Positions 39,992-49,494 of a stretch of DNA of 64,000 nucleotides are shown here, piece by piece. Both the position numbers and the translations under genes were made by a program. A model generated the notes under the pieces. It was given only the letters and a program-made list of their open reading frames with translations, made no database searches and was not told the origin of the DNA. Each line of letters begins with the position of its first letter. The stretch's first letter is position 1. The DNA comes from Alphaproteobacteria bacterium. GTDB taxonomy: Bacteria > Pseudomonadota > Alphaproteobacteria > JAAXGF01. Where the stretch lies: assembly GCA_963555825.3 (NCBI GenBank), contig CAUVXB020000002.1, positions 2,592,001 through 2,656,000 of the forward strand, given 5' to 3'.

Positions 39992-41440
39992 GATCGTGTC
40001 CCGGCAGGTGGTGTAAGAGCGTTGCGCTCTACGCGGCTCCCGGCGGGTAGGGCCGGGACGTTCAGGCTGCCACGGTGGGCAGCGTGATGGGGACACCATC
40101 GCCCAGCGGAGCGATGGATTCCAGCGTCATGTATCTCCTTGAGACGGCCCACTCGTCGTTCTGCTCGAGAAGGATGGCGCCGACGAGCCGTGTGATGGCG
40201 TCTTCGTTGGGAAAGATGCCGACGACGTTGGTGCGGCGCTTGACCTCGGCATGGAGCCGTTCGATCGGGTTGGTCGAATGCAACTTCTGGCGGTGCTCCT
40301 TGGGGAAGCTCATGTAGGCGAGGACGTCGTGCTCGGCTTCGTCCATCAGGGCGGCGAGCTTGGGGACCTTGGGCCTGAGCTGGTCGGCGACCTGACGCCA
40401 CTGGACCTTCGCGCTGTCGGCGTCCTCCTGGGCGAAGGCGGTGGCGACGAAGGCGGAGACGACGCGCCGACCCTGGCGGCCGGCATGGGCCAGCAGGTTG
40501 CGGGCGAAGTGCACGCGGCATCTTTGCCAGGTGGCGCCGAGGATCCGGGTCGCGGCGGCCTTCAGGCCCTTGTGGTCGTCGGAGATCACCAGCTTCACGC
40601 CGCGCAGCCCGCGCCGGGCCAGCGAGCGCAGGAACTCAGTCCAGAAGGTCTCGGCCTCCGACGCGCCGATCGCCATGCCCAGGACCTCACGCCGGCCTTG
40701 GTCGTTGACGGCCACAGCCACGGTCACCGCGACCGAGACGATGCGTCCGGTCTGGCGCACCTTCACATAAGTCGCATCCAGCCACAGATAGGGCCAGTCG
40801 CCCTCCAGCGATCGATCGAGGAAGCCGTTGACCTTATCGTCGATCTCGCCGCACAGCCTGGAGACCTGGCTCTTGGAGACGCCCGACATCCCCATCGCCT
40901 GAACCAGATCGTCGACCGAGCGGGTCGACACGCCCTGGATGTAGGCCTCCTGGATCACCGCAGCCAGCGCCTTCTCGGCCATCCGCCGCGGCTCCAGGAA
41001 GCCCGGGAAGTAGCTCCCCTTCCTCAGCTTCGGGATCTTCAGCTCGACCGTGCCGGCCCGGGTCTCCCAGGACCGGTCGCGGTAGCCGTTGCGGTGGGTG
41101 ATACGATCCGCCGAGCTCTCGCCGTGAGCGGCGCCGGTCAGGCCCTCGACCTCCAGTGCCATCAGCCGCTCGGCCGTGAAGCCGATCATCTCGCGAAGCA
41201 GATCGGCATCGGAGCTCTTCTCCAAAAGCGCGCGTAGGGTCATCATGTCCTGGGTCATCGTGGTTCTCCTTCGGGTCAGGTTGGTTCGCACTAGCCCAAC
41301 CCTAAACCGGAACCGCGATGGCCTCCGCTGTGGATAGCCGGCTTGCCTACGCCAGACTCTCGGCGGTCGCTACGGCAAGCCGCCTACCCACAGCTACCAG
41401 AGGCTCCAACAACTCCTACACCACGTCCTGGGACACGACC
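39992..41440 (-). mobile_element. IS256-family insertion sequence
   Basis: IRs gatcgtgtcccgg / ctgggacacgacc; 8-bp target duplication catgacag (39984-39991 and 41441-41448). Confidence 0.95.
40062..41258 (-). CDS. IS256-family transposase
   Basis: [48 protein letters not shown]. Confidence 0.96.
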   Translation of the reverse strand: MTQDMMTLRALLEKSSDADLLREMIGFTAERLMALEVEGLTGAAHGESSADRITHRNGYRDRSWETRAGTVELKIPKLRKGSYFPGFLEPRRMAEKALAAVIQEAYIQGVSTRSVDDLVQAMGMSGVSKSQVSRLCGEIDDKVNGFLDRSLEGDWPYLWLDATYVKVRQTGRIVSVAVTVAVAVNDQGRREVLGMAIGASEAETFWTEFLRSLARRGLRGVKLVISDDHKGLKAAATRILGATWQRCRVHFARNLLAHAGRQGRRVVSAFVATAFAQEDADSAKVQWRQVADQLRPKVPKLAALMDEAEHDVLAYMSFPKEHRQKLHSTNPIERLHAEVKRRTNVVGIFPNEDAITRLVGAILLEQNDEWAVSRRYMTLESIAPLGDGVPITLPTVAA

Positions 41441-41606
41441 CATGACAGCACCCGACCAACTTGCATCAACGCTACAAAAACTCTTGCCAACAAGGAGCCG
41501 TGCACAGATGGCGACAAGCTGACCTGCGGCGGATCAGGCCGCCGGATCCGCTACCGGCTCGAATGCGGGCGTGAGTGTCGTGAATTTTCGAAGTTGCGCG
41601 TTCTAG

Positions 41607-41660
41607 GTCTGGTTACCGCTCGGAAGCGGACGTCGGAGACGATCTCGCTCGACGTCTGCT
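41607..41660. repeat. Palindrome-array unit (GTCYGC...GCRGAC family)
   Basis: gtctggttaccgctcggaagcggacgtcggagacgatctcgctcgacgtctgc; close copies at 49374 and 53531. Confidence 0.8.
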
Positions 41661-41926
41661 TGTGAACATCCCGCTGGAATTTGGAAGAGGGAATTTGAAA
41701 GAATCGCACAGATTTTTCGTCAGGGATCGATCCGGTAGGGACGCTCTTGGGTGAGTATCTTGAAGATGACGCGACAGCGGTGACGGTCGAGCGCCGCGTG
41801 GTCCTGGCGCAGCCTCGCTATCGACGCATCATTGCTCACCATTGCTTGGTAGCGTCAGGCTAACGTGAAGGGGTCGGCGGGTGTTATCGTGATCGCAGCA
41901 GAGGATCTGCATAGAGGCTGAAATCG

Positions 41927-42769
41927 ATGAATCTGGTGGATACTCCCCTGACGGCCTTGGCCAAGGCTGCCGGCTGCGCCGCCAAGATCGGCCAGGCCGA
42001 CCTAGCATCGGCGCTCGCGCACTTGCCGAATATGGCCGAACCACGCCTGCTGGTCGGCCACGCCAGTGCCGACGATGCGGCGGTGTACCGCCTCACCGAC
42101 GATCTGGCGCTGGTCGAGACCGTCGATATCTTCCCGCCCATCGTCGACGACCCCTTCGACTATGGCCGCATCGCCGCCGCCAATGCCCTGAGCGACGTCT
42201 ACGCCATGGGAGCAAAGCCTATTAGCGCGCTGAGCTTCATCGCATGGCCGGTGGAGCAATTGGGCCTCGAGAGCCTGGGCCGGGTGCTCCAGGGCGCCGC
42301 TCATATCTGCGCCGAGGCCGGCATCGCCATCGCTGGCGGCCATTCCATCGTCGACGAGGAGCCTAAGTTCGGTCTCTTCGTCAACGGCACGATCCACCCT
42401 GACCGGGTGGTGAGTAACGCTGGCGCCCGGCCAGGCGACGCGCTGGTGCTGACCAAGCGGATCGGCACTGGCATCCTGACCACGGCGGTCAAGCGCGGGC
42501 ATCTGGACGCTGCCGGGCTCGCCGAGGCGGTCGCGTCCATGACGACACTCAACGCCGCCGCCAGCGCCGCCATGGTCGAGGCCGGTGTCCGGGCGGCGAC
42601 CGACGTCACAGGCTTCGGGCTGCTCGGCCATCTCGGGAACCTGCTGAGGGCCTCGTCGGTAGCGGCCGGACAGCCTTTGGCCGCCCAGCTGCACTATGCC
42701 AAGGTGCCGCTGTTCGAGGGCGTCGAGGCGTTCCTCGAACAAGGCCTCTGCCCCGGCGGGACACACTGA
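41927..42769 (+). pseudogene. selD: Selenide,water dikinase, 3'-truncated by IS21
   Basis: AAGCAAKIG, DDAAVY, PIVDDPFDYGRIAAANALSDVYAMG, GGHS, TDVTGFGLLGHL; ends at CPGGTH* at the IS end, lacking the DPQTSGGLL C-terminus. Confidence 0.9.
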
Positions 42770-42884
42770 GAACGGCAGAGCAATAATCCCCCACTGAAGC
42801 GGCCGGTCGATCCGGCTGCGGCGGACCAAAATGGGACCGCGTATAGCCTTCTGTCAGGGTTGCTCTGACTGGAAGGCGGGGGGG

Positions 42885-44384
42885 ATGTATCGGGTGGAGT
42901 TGTACGCACGGGTTCGGCGGGCGTGTCATGTCGAGGGGATGAGCACCCGCGAGGCCTCGCGGGTGTTTGGTGTAGACCGCAAGACGGTCCGTAAGATGCT
43001 GTCGTTCTCGGTGCCGCCAGGGTATCGCCGAAGCGCGCCGCCGAGGCGGCCAAAGCTGGGTCCGTTCACGGGAATCATCGATCGGATCTTGGAAGACGAT
43101 CGGACCAGCCACCGCAAGCAACGGCACACTGCGAAGCGCATCTTCGACCGCCTCCGGGACGAGTACGGTTTCACGGGCGGCTACACCATCGTGAAGGACT
43201 ACGTTCGTGAGCAGGGGCTTCGGTCGCGTGAGGTGTTCGTGCCACTCTCCCATTCCCCCGGTCACGCCCAGGCGGACTTCGGCGAAGCGATGGCGGTGAT
43301 CGGCGGCGCGTTACGGAAGATCCACTTCCTTGCCTTCGACCTTCCCCACAGTGATGGTTGCTTTGTTGCGGCCTATCCGGCGGAGACGACCGAAGCATTC
43401 TGCGATGGCCACAACGCGGCGTTTGCCTTCTTCGGCGGCGTCCCCCGATCCATCCTGTACGACAACACCAAGCTGGCGGTTGCCCGGATCCTGGGCGATG
43501 GGAAGCGGCAGCGAACGCGCGTCTTCACGGAGCTTCAGTCCCACTATCTGTTCGAGGACAGGTTCGGCCGGCCGGGCAAGGGCAACGACAAGGGCAAGGT
43601 CGAGGGACTGGTCGGCTTCATCCGGCGGAACTTCCTGGTCCCCGTCCCGCGTGCCGAGAGCTTCGCGGCCCTCAACGATGCTCTCGCCGAACAGTGCCGC
43701 CGGCGCCAGGCGGCGCGGCTGCGGGGCCACAAGGAGACCATCGGCGAGCGTCTCGAGCGGGATCGTCAAGTTCTCTTGCCATTGCCGCCTGCTCCCTATG
43801 ATGCCTGCGATAAGCGCCCTGGACGGGCGAGTTCGCTGTCGCTGGTGCGTTACCGCAGCAACGACTATTCCGTGCCCGTGGCCTACGGCCACCGTGAGGT
43901 GCTCATCCGGGGCTACGTCGATGAGGTGGTGATCAGCTGCGGGGCCGAGGTGATCGCCCGGCACCGCCGGTCCTACGACAGCGAGGACCTGATCTTCGAC
44001 CCGCTGCATTACCTGCCCTTGATCGAGCAGAAGATCGGCGCCCTCGACCAGGCCGCGCCATTGGCGGGCTGGGACCTGCCCGAGGCCTTCATCACTCTGC
44101 GGCGGCTCCTCGAAGCTCGTATGGGCAAGGCAGGCAAGCGCGAGTACGTCCAGGTGCTCCGTCTACTGGAGACCTTCCGGCTCGAGGAGGTCGAGGGTGC
44201 GGTCGGCGACGCCCTGCGGCTCGGCGCAATCGGCTTTGATGCGGTGAAGCACCTGGTACTGTGCCGCATCGAGCGGCGGCCGCCCAGGCTCAACCTCGAC
44301 GTCTATCCGTATCTGCCGCGCGCCCGGGTCGCGATGACGTCCGCCAAGTCGTACATGAGCCTGCTGTCGGGGCTCGGCGCATGA
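42885..44384 (+). CDS. istA: IS21 transposase
   Basis: KQRHTAKRIF, AQADFGE, YDNTK, KGKVEGLVG. Confidence 0.95.
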   Translation: MYRVELYARVRRACHVEGMSTREASRVFGVDRKTVRKMLSFSVPPGYRRSAPPRRPKLGPFTGIIDRILEDDRTSHRKQRHTAKRIFDRLRDEYGFTGGYTIVKDYVREQGLRSREVFVPLSHSPGHAQADFGEAMAVIGGALRKIHFLAFDLPHSDGCFVAAYPAETTEAFCDGHNAAFAFFGGVPRSILYDNTKLAVARILGDGKRQRTRVFTELQSHYLFEDRFGRPGKGNDKGKVEGLVGFIRRNFLVPVPRAESFAALNDALAEQCRRRQAARLRGHKETIGERLERDRQVLLPLPPAPYDACDKRPGRASSLSLVRYRSNDYSVPVAYGHREVLIRGYVDEVVISCGAEVIARHRRSYDSEDLIFDPLHYLPLIEQKIGALDQAAPLAGWDLPEAFITLRRLLEARMGKAGKREYVQVLRLLETFRLEEVEGAVGDALRLGAIGFDAVKHLVLCRIERRPPRLNLDVYPYLPRARVAMTSAKSYMSLLSGLGA

Positions 44385-45145
44385 CCGACACACCGCAAGT
44401 GCTGCTCGCCCACCACCTCAAGACGCTGAAGCTGCCGACCTTCCTGCGCGAGTACGACAAGATCGCCCGGCAGTGCGCCTCGGAAGGCGTCGATCACGTC
44501 CGCTACCTGTTGAGACTCGCCGAGCTCGAGCTGATCGACCGCGAGCGCCGCATGGTCGAGCGGCGCATCAAGGCGGCGCGCTTCCCCGTGGTCAAGAGCC
44601 TCGACAGCTTCGACTTCAAGGTCATCCCCTCGCTCAACAAGGCGCTGGTCCTGGAGCTGGCCCGCTGCGAGTACATCGAGCGCCGCGAGAACCTCATCGC
44701 GCTCGGCAACAGTGGGACCGGCAAGACCCACATCGCCCTCGGTCTCGGCCTGGCGGCCTGCCAGAAGGGCCTCTCGGTCGGCTTCATCACCGCCGCCGCG
44801 CTGGTCCACGAACTCATCGAGGCCCGCGATGACAAGCAGCTGCTGAGGTTCCAGAAGAAGCTCGCCACCTACAAGCTTCTGATCGTCGACGAACTCGGCT
44901 TCGTGCCGCTGTCGAAGACCGGCGCCGAGCTGTTGTTCGAGGTGTTCAGCCAACGCTACGAGCGGGGCTCGACCCTGGTCACCACCAATCTGCCCTTCGA
45001 CGAATGGACCGAGGTGTTCGGCTCCGAGCGCCTCACCGGCGCGCTCCTCGATCGCCTCACCCACCACGTCAACATCCTCGAGATGAACGGTGACAGCTAC
45101 AGGCTCAACCAGAGCCGCAGGCGTCAAACCCCGACTGCTAACTGA
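44381..45145 (+). CDS. istB: IS21 helper ATPase
   Basis: GNSGTGKTH, LLIVDELGF, TTNLPF, LLDRLTHH. Confidence 0.96.
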   Translation: MTDTPQVLLAHHLKTLKLPTFLREYDKIARQCASEGVDHVRYLLRLAELELIDRERRMVERRIKAARFPVVKSLDSFDFKVIPSLNKALVLELARCEYIERRENLIALGNSGTGKTHIALGLGLAACQKGLSVGFITAAALVHELIEARDDKQLLRFQKKLATYKLLIVDELGFVPLSKTGAELLFEVFSQRYERGSTLVTTNLPFDEWTEVFGSERLTGALLDRLTHHVNILEMNGDSYRLNQSRRRQTPTAN

Positions 45146-45403
45146 ACCGACCACCCAGCCCACGCTTGACCCCGTGGGCCCACAGGTCCCTCCCGCGCGC
45201 GCCGCCGCGTCAGCCTGTTGAGGGCACGCCGCGTCGCGCGCGGGGCCCTCCCGTGGACTACGGGGACAAGCCCGCAGCCGCCAAGCGGTCCCTTCTTACA
45301 CCGCCGAGGTGGTCCCTTTTTGCTCCGCCATTGACAACTGTACTCGTCGAAACGGGATGGCTACGGGATGTGCCGACGCCCGCATTGGCCGGGAAGGTGG
45401 GAA

Positions 45404-46483
45404 ATGCATCAAGACACGGCTAGCGCTGAACTCAATCTAGCTCTGCGCGACAATCTCACTTTGATAAATAAGGGCTTTGTACAAGCGCTTTGTTTGAGGT
45501 TTCATGACTCGAAACAACGCGCACAACTCGCCTATGCGGACAATCTTGCAGAGACGAGGCGGCTTATGCAGCTCCTTGTTGAGATGCAGCGCCAGGACAT
45601 GCCCCTCGATCCGGATGGCGTATCTGAAAATCCTGATCGCGGTGGTCCCGACCTTCAATCGAAGGCGAAAGAAATCTGGTTGTCGGACTTTAGGTTGGCG
45701 GCCAGGAAACTCGAATCGCTGCGCAGAGGTCAAACTTCGCTCAAGTCCTCAAGACCTGATCGTTCGGGTTCCCTAGGTCTTGATCGCTTGATAGAGGAAG
45801 GCGAAGAGTTCGCGGCCGATTTGCGGGACCGGTCAAATGGTATTGAGAATCTTGATCAATTCGACCCTACAAGAGTGGCATCTGATGCCGAAAGGAAAAG
45901 ACTCGAGGATTTCCTCGGCTATGTCGAGGGTATCGAGGAAGCGTTCATGGTCGGGAAAACGGAAACAACACGGCCAGAAAACGATCCCGTGTTTACCGTT
46001 TTGAACACGGTGTTGAGCAATCACTTCCTGGCGATAGATCAATTCTTCCTACACGGTTTTTTGTTGCACAAATTGAATGAAAAGGCGCTTGCGAAAGAAA
46101 GGATCATGCATTCCGTTGACGAAATGAAAGGCGCGTTCCGAGCCACGCAGCGGATACTTGTTCTTGGATCCGTACCGAGACCGATTTTTCTACAGGATAT
46201 ACGTTCACCTTACTGCGTGCGGGTGGGCTCCGGTCCGCTGGAAGCAATCCGGAACGATCTCGAGCTCACGGAGAAACTGATCGTCAATCTGCAGGGTGCG
46301 AAAGAGCTGGCGGAAACTGCGTCGGAATCTCGTTCTGTCGACATGTTTTCGGATTCCGTCCATATGGAAAGCGACGCAAAGAGACGACTTTCGACGCAAT
46401 TAGAACAACTTTCAAAGGGTGAAACGTCAGGTAAAGGCAGCGATAAGATCGACACGATGCTCGATCGTTGGGGGGTCGCATAG
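45404..46483 (+). CDS. Two-domain bacterioferritin-like protein
   Basis: C-terminal domain LN..L.NHFLAIDQFFLH...SVDEMK...RILVLG..P...DLEL aligns with Bfr; the N-terminal domain shows the same helical pattern; lower GC. Confidence 0.7.
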   Translation: MHQDTASAELNLALRDNLTLINKGFVQALCLRFHDSKQRAQLAYADNLAETRRLMQLLVEMQRQDMPLDPDGVSENPDRGGPDLQSKAKEIWLSDFRLAARKLESLRRGQTSLKSSRPDRSGSLGLDRLIEEGEEFAADLRDRSNGIENLDQFDPTRVASDAERKRLEDFLGYVEGIEEAFMVGKTETTRPENDPVFTVLNTVLSNHFLAIDQFFLHGFLLHKLNEKALAKERIMHSVDEMKGAFRATQRILVLGSVPRPIFLQDIRSPYCVRVGSGPLEAIRNDLELTEKLIVNLQGAKELAETASESRSVDMFSDSVHMESDAKRRLSTQLEQLSKGETSGKGSDKIDTMLDRWGVA

Positions 46484-46517
46484 CCGATCGGTGATGCGTG
46501 GGGCCAGCCGAGCCGCG

Positions 46518-46579
46518 ATGTCCGTCGTTATCCCAATAGCGGACATTGGCCCGGCCCAGCCCAATGTCTATTTATGTCC
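46518..46579. repeat. Palindrome-array units; the second unit is split by IS1182
   Basis: atgtccg...cggacat (46518-46546), then aatgtctattt-atgtcc|cgg-agcggact across the IS. Confidence 0.75.
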
Positions 46580-48263
46580 CAGACTGTGTAAAAACGTCGA
46601 TGGTGTTATGATTCTCTCGTGCTTTGGCGGGAGGGTCTGATGAAGCGTTTTGTCGAGGGTGTCGATCGCAGCCAGGGCACGTTGTTTCCGGAGCGCCTGG
46701 AAGACTGGATCGGCGACGACAACCCGGTTCGGGCGATCGACGTCTTCGTCGATGAGCTCGATCTTGGCGGCCTCGGGTTCGACCGGGTCGAGCCGCTGGC
46801 GACCGGCAGGCCGGCCTATCATCCTTGCGATTTGTTGAAGCTCTACATCTACGGCTATCTCAACCGGGTTCAGTCGAGCCGTCGGCTCGAGAGGGAGGCC
46901 GGGCGCAATGTGGAAGTGATGTGGCTGGTCGGCCGGCTGGCGCCGGATCACAAGACGATCGCCGACTTCCGCAAGGACAACGGCCGTGCGATCCGCAAGG
47001 TCTGCGCCCGGTTCGTCGCGCTGTGCCGGCAACTCGGGCTGTTCGCCGAGGCGAGCGTGGCGATCGATGGCTCGAAGTTCAAGGCGGTCAACAGCCGGGA
47101 CAGGAACTTCACGCGGGCCAAGATGGCGCGGCGGGTGGCGCAGATCGAGGAGAGCGTTGCGCGCTATCTGGACCAGTTGGACAGCGCCGACCGGCAAGAG
47201 CCGTCGCTGGCGCGCACGACCAAGACGACTCGTCTGGCCGACAAGATCGCGATCCTCAAGGAGGAGATGCGGCGCCTGAAGGCGCTTGAAGTCGAGCGGC
47301 GTGCGAGCCCGGACCAGCAGATCTCTCTGAGCGATCCCGATGCCCGCTCGATGGCGACGAGCGGCCGGGGTTCCGGCGTGGTCGGCTACAACGTTCAGGC
47401 CGCCGTCGACACCAAGCACCACCTGATCGTCGCCCACGAGGTGACCAATCAGGGCACCGACCGCGCCCAGCTCTCAGCCATGGCGAAGCGGACCAAGGCG
47501 GCTCTGGAGACCGACGAGTTGGATGTCGTTGCCGATCGCGGCTACTACAACGGCAAGGAGATTCTGGCCTGCGATGAGGCCGGCATCACCGTCACATTGC
47601 CTAAGCCGCTGACCTCTGGAGCCAAGGCCAAGGGCCGCTTCGGCAAACAGGACTTCGTCTATCTGGCCGCCGACGATGTCTATCGCTGCCCGGCCGGCGA
47701 GCGTTTGGTCTACCGCTTCACCAGCCAGGAGAGGGGGCTGAGCATGCGGCGCTACTGGACCAACGCCTGTCAGGGATGCGCCATCAAGCATCGCTGCACC
47801 ACGGCCAAGCAGCGCCGCATCACCCGCTGGCAGCACGAGCATGTTCTCGAGGCCGTCGAGAGGCGGCTCGACGAGCACCCGGAGGCGATGCGTCGGCGGC
47901 GCGAGACGGCCGAGCATCCCTTCGGCACCATCAAGTCCTGGATGGGCGCGACGCATTTCCAGACGAAGACGCTGAAACGGGTGAGGACCGAGATGGCCCT
48001 GCACGTGCTGGCCTACAATCTCAAGCGCGTCATGAACATCACGGGCATCGACCCGCTGATCGCGGCGATGAGGACCGCATAGGCCTCTCTGCGCCGCAAA
48101 TTGCGCCCATATCCGGCCAAATCGCAGCTCACACCGGCGCCAGCCGGCCGACAGGTCCGCACGAGTGGCGAAAATCCTTAATCCCGGAATACCCGCCGCG
48201 ACGGATCATCGAAGCCAAAGACGCGCCGTACAGATCACGCAGCAAACGTTCTTACACAGTCTG
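46580..48263 (+). mobile_element. IS1182-family element, copy 1
   Basis: IRs cagactgtgtaaaaacg / cgttcttacacagtctg; 4-bp DR gtcc. Confidence 0.93.
46640..48082 (+). CDS. IS1182-family transposase
   Basis: GRPAYHP, SSRRLE, PDHKTIADFRK, IDGSKFKA, GYNVQ, ADRGY, CPAG, EHPFGTIK. Confidence 0.95.
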   Translation: MKRFVEGVDRSQGTLFPERLEDWIGDDNPVRAIDVFVDELDLGGLGFDRVEPLATGRPAYHPCDLLKLYIYGYLNRVQSSRRLEREAGRNVEVMWLVGRLAPDHKTIADFRKDNGRAIRKVCARFVALCRQLGLFAEASVAIDGSKFKAVNSRDRNFTRAKMARRVAQIEESVARYLDQLDSADRQEPSLARTTKTTRLADKIAILKEEMRRLKALEVERRASPDQQISLSDPDARSMATSGRGSGVVGYNVQAAVDTKHHLIVAHEVTNQGTDRAQLSAMAKRTKAALETDELDVVADRGYYNGKEILACDEAGITVTLPKPLTSGAKAKGRFGKQDFVYLAADDVYRCPAGERLVYRFTSQERGLSMRRYWTNACQGCAIKHRCTTAKQRRITRWQHEHVLEAVERRLDEHPEAMRRRRETAEHPFGTIKSWMGATHFQTKTLKRVRTEMALHVLAYNLKRVMNITGIDPLIAAMRTA

Positions 48264-48375
48264 GTCCCGGAGCGGACTTTCATCGACAACCCCCGAAACT
48301 CGTCTTCATCATTAAAAGCAGATACGCTGCGCTGACCCGCTGGATTCGATGCCGACCGCTGAAAGGTCGAAGGCC

Positions 48376-49155
48376 ATGCATGTTCGAAACATGATCCTCA
48401 GTCTTAGCACCGTCTTCTTGCTTGCCGCCGCTTTCGTATGGGCAACTCATGATCCCGACTTGGCTTCTGGTGAACGGTCCGAGTTGATGGAGGCTTACAA
48501 CCGTTTCAACACCCTATACCAGCAAGGCCGCTACTCGGATGCCGAACCCTATGCCAAGGAAGCCTTGAGACTGGGGACGGAAGAGCTGGGTCGGAATGAT
48601 CCGGCTATTGTGGCCCTGCTCGACAACCTGGCGGATCTCCATCGAGCTCAAGGTCGCTACGCCGAAGCCGAGCCGCTCTACAAACGCTCTATTGCGATCA
48701 AGGAAAAGGCTCTCGGACCCGAGCATCCGGAAGTGGTCGAGAGCTTGGAAATTTATACCGCACTACTCCGACAGATTGCGCGCGCCGGTGAGACGGAGAG
48801 CATGGAGACGCCCGCCAAAGAGATCGGCGCTGCGAATCAGAAGTTAGCGGCACATGATATCGTAAACATAATTACCACCTATCACGAAAATGAACCGATA
48901 TTCGAAAGTGATTATCTTGGAAAAACTTTCATGGCGACGATGTATTTTAACGCCGTCAGGGGTGAAGTGTTTGGGGGAGGTTACTTTGTGGGTTTCGACG
49001 GGTTAAATGGTTCAGCCGGTCTAACCTGTCGATTTCCCAAAACCCTGCCAAATGAAATTATCGATTGGGACGCGGGTAAGTCGGTTCATTTAACCGGTGT
49101 CGTCTATCACGTCGTACTTTCTACTCTTTATTTAAAAAGATGCAGATTCAAATAA
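48376..49155 (+). CDS. Exported TPR protein with C-terminal OB-fold-like domain
   Basis: Signal peptide; TPRs GRYAEAEPLYKRSIAIKEKALGPEHP; AT-rich C-terminal YHENE...YLGK...LKRC. Confidence 0.75.
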   Translation: MHVRNMILSLSTVFLLAAAFVWATHDPDLASGERSELMEAYNRFNTLYQQGRYSDAEPYAKEALRLGTEELGRNDPAIVALLDNLADLHRAQGRYAEAEPLYKRSIAIKEKALGPEHPEVVESLEIYTALLRQIARAGETESMETPAKEIGAANQKLAAHDIVNIITTYHENEPIFESDYLGKTFMATMYFNAVRGEVFGGGYFVGFDGLNGSAGLTCRFPKTLPNEIIDWDAGKSVHLTGVVYHVVLSTLYLKRCRFK

Positions 49156-49264
49156 GAGCGCGTTTTAATAATGAACGGTTTCATAAGTGGCGCACTCGTG
49201 TTGCTCGTCTATTCAGAATGACCTGTACTGGGAAGACCAAGGTCATTAACACCGTAGCTCGTCG

Positions 49265-49434
49265 ACTTCCGCTTCTTGCTATGAGCAGACATAGGAGAGC
49301 GTGACCCTGAGCGTCCACTTCCCGCCCGAAAGCCGACATGAGCACCCCGCATTTTCCAACTTAAGCGTTTTATGTCTGCTCACCGCTCCGAACCGGACGC
49401 CGGTGACGAAATCGCTCGAGGTCTCCTTTAGACC
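49265..49434. repeat. Array of four palindromic units
   Basis: ttccgct..agcagac, gtccact..agccgac, gtctgct..accggac, gtctcctt..(IS)..aaggagac at ~45-60 bp spacing. Confidence 0.8.
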
Positions 49435-49494
49435 CAGACTGTGTAAAAACGTCGATGGTGTTATGATTCTCTCGTGCTTTGGCGGGAGGGTCTG

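Larger units (their letters stand above)
39950..41510 (+). mobile_element. Probable relic IS110/IS1111-type right end, split by IS256
   Basis: Rejoined sequence acacatgacagcacccgaccaac...aaaaactcttgccaacaaggagccgtgcacagatg resembles IS1111 3' non-coding ends as I recall them; no transposase present. Confidence 0.45.
42767..45336 (+). mobile_element. IS21-family insertion sequence
   Basis: TG...CA ends with IRs tgagaacggcagagcaa / ttgctccgccattgaca; istA-istB; no target duplication visible. Confidence 0.92.

Noticed and set aside
41927-42000. Selenocysteine recoding in selD
   Set aside because: The active-site codon is TGC (Cys); the terminal TGA is the first bases of IS21
49265-49434. Palindrome arrays as a CRISPR or classical integron attC array
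   Set aside because: Units are too degenerate for CRISPR repeats; no attC R-box pattern or intI seen; kept as an unclassified repeat family
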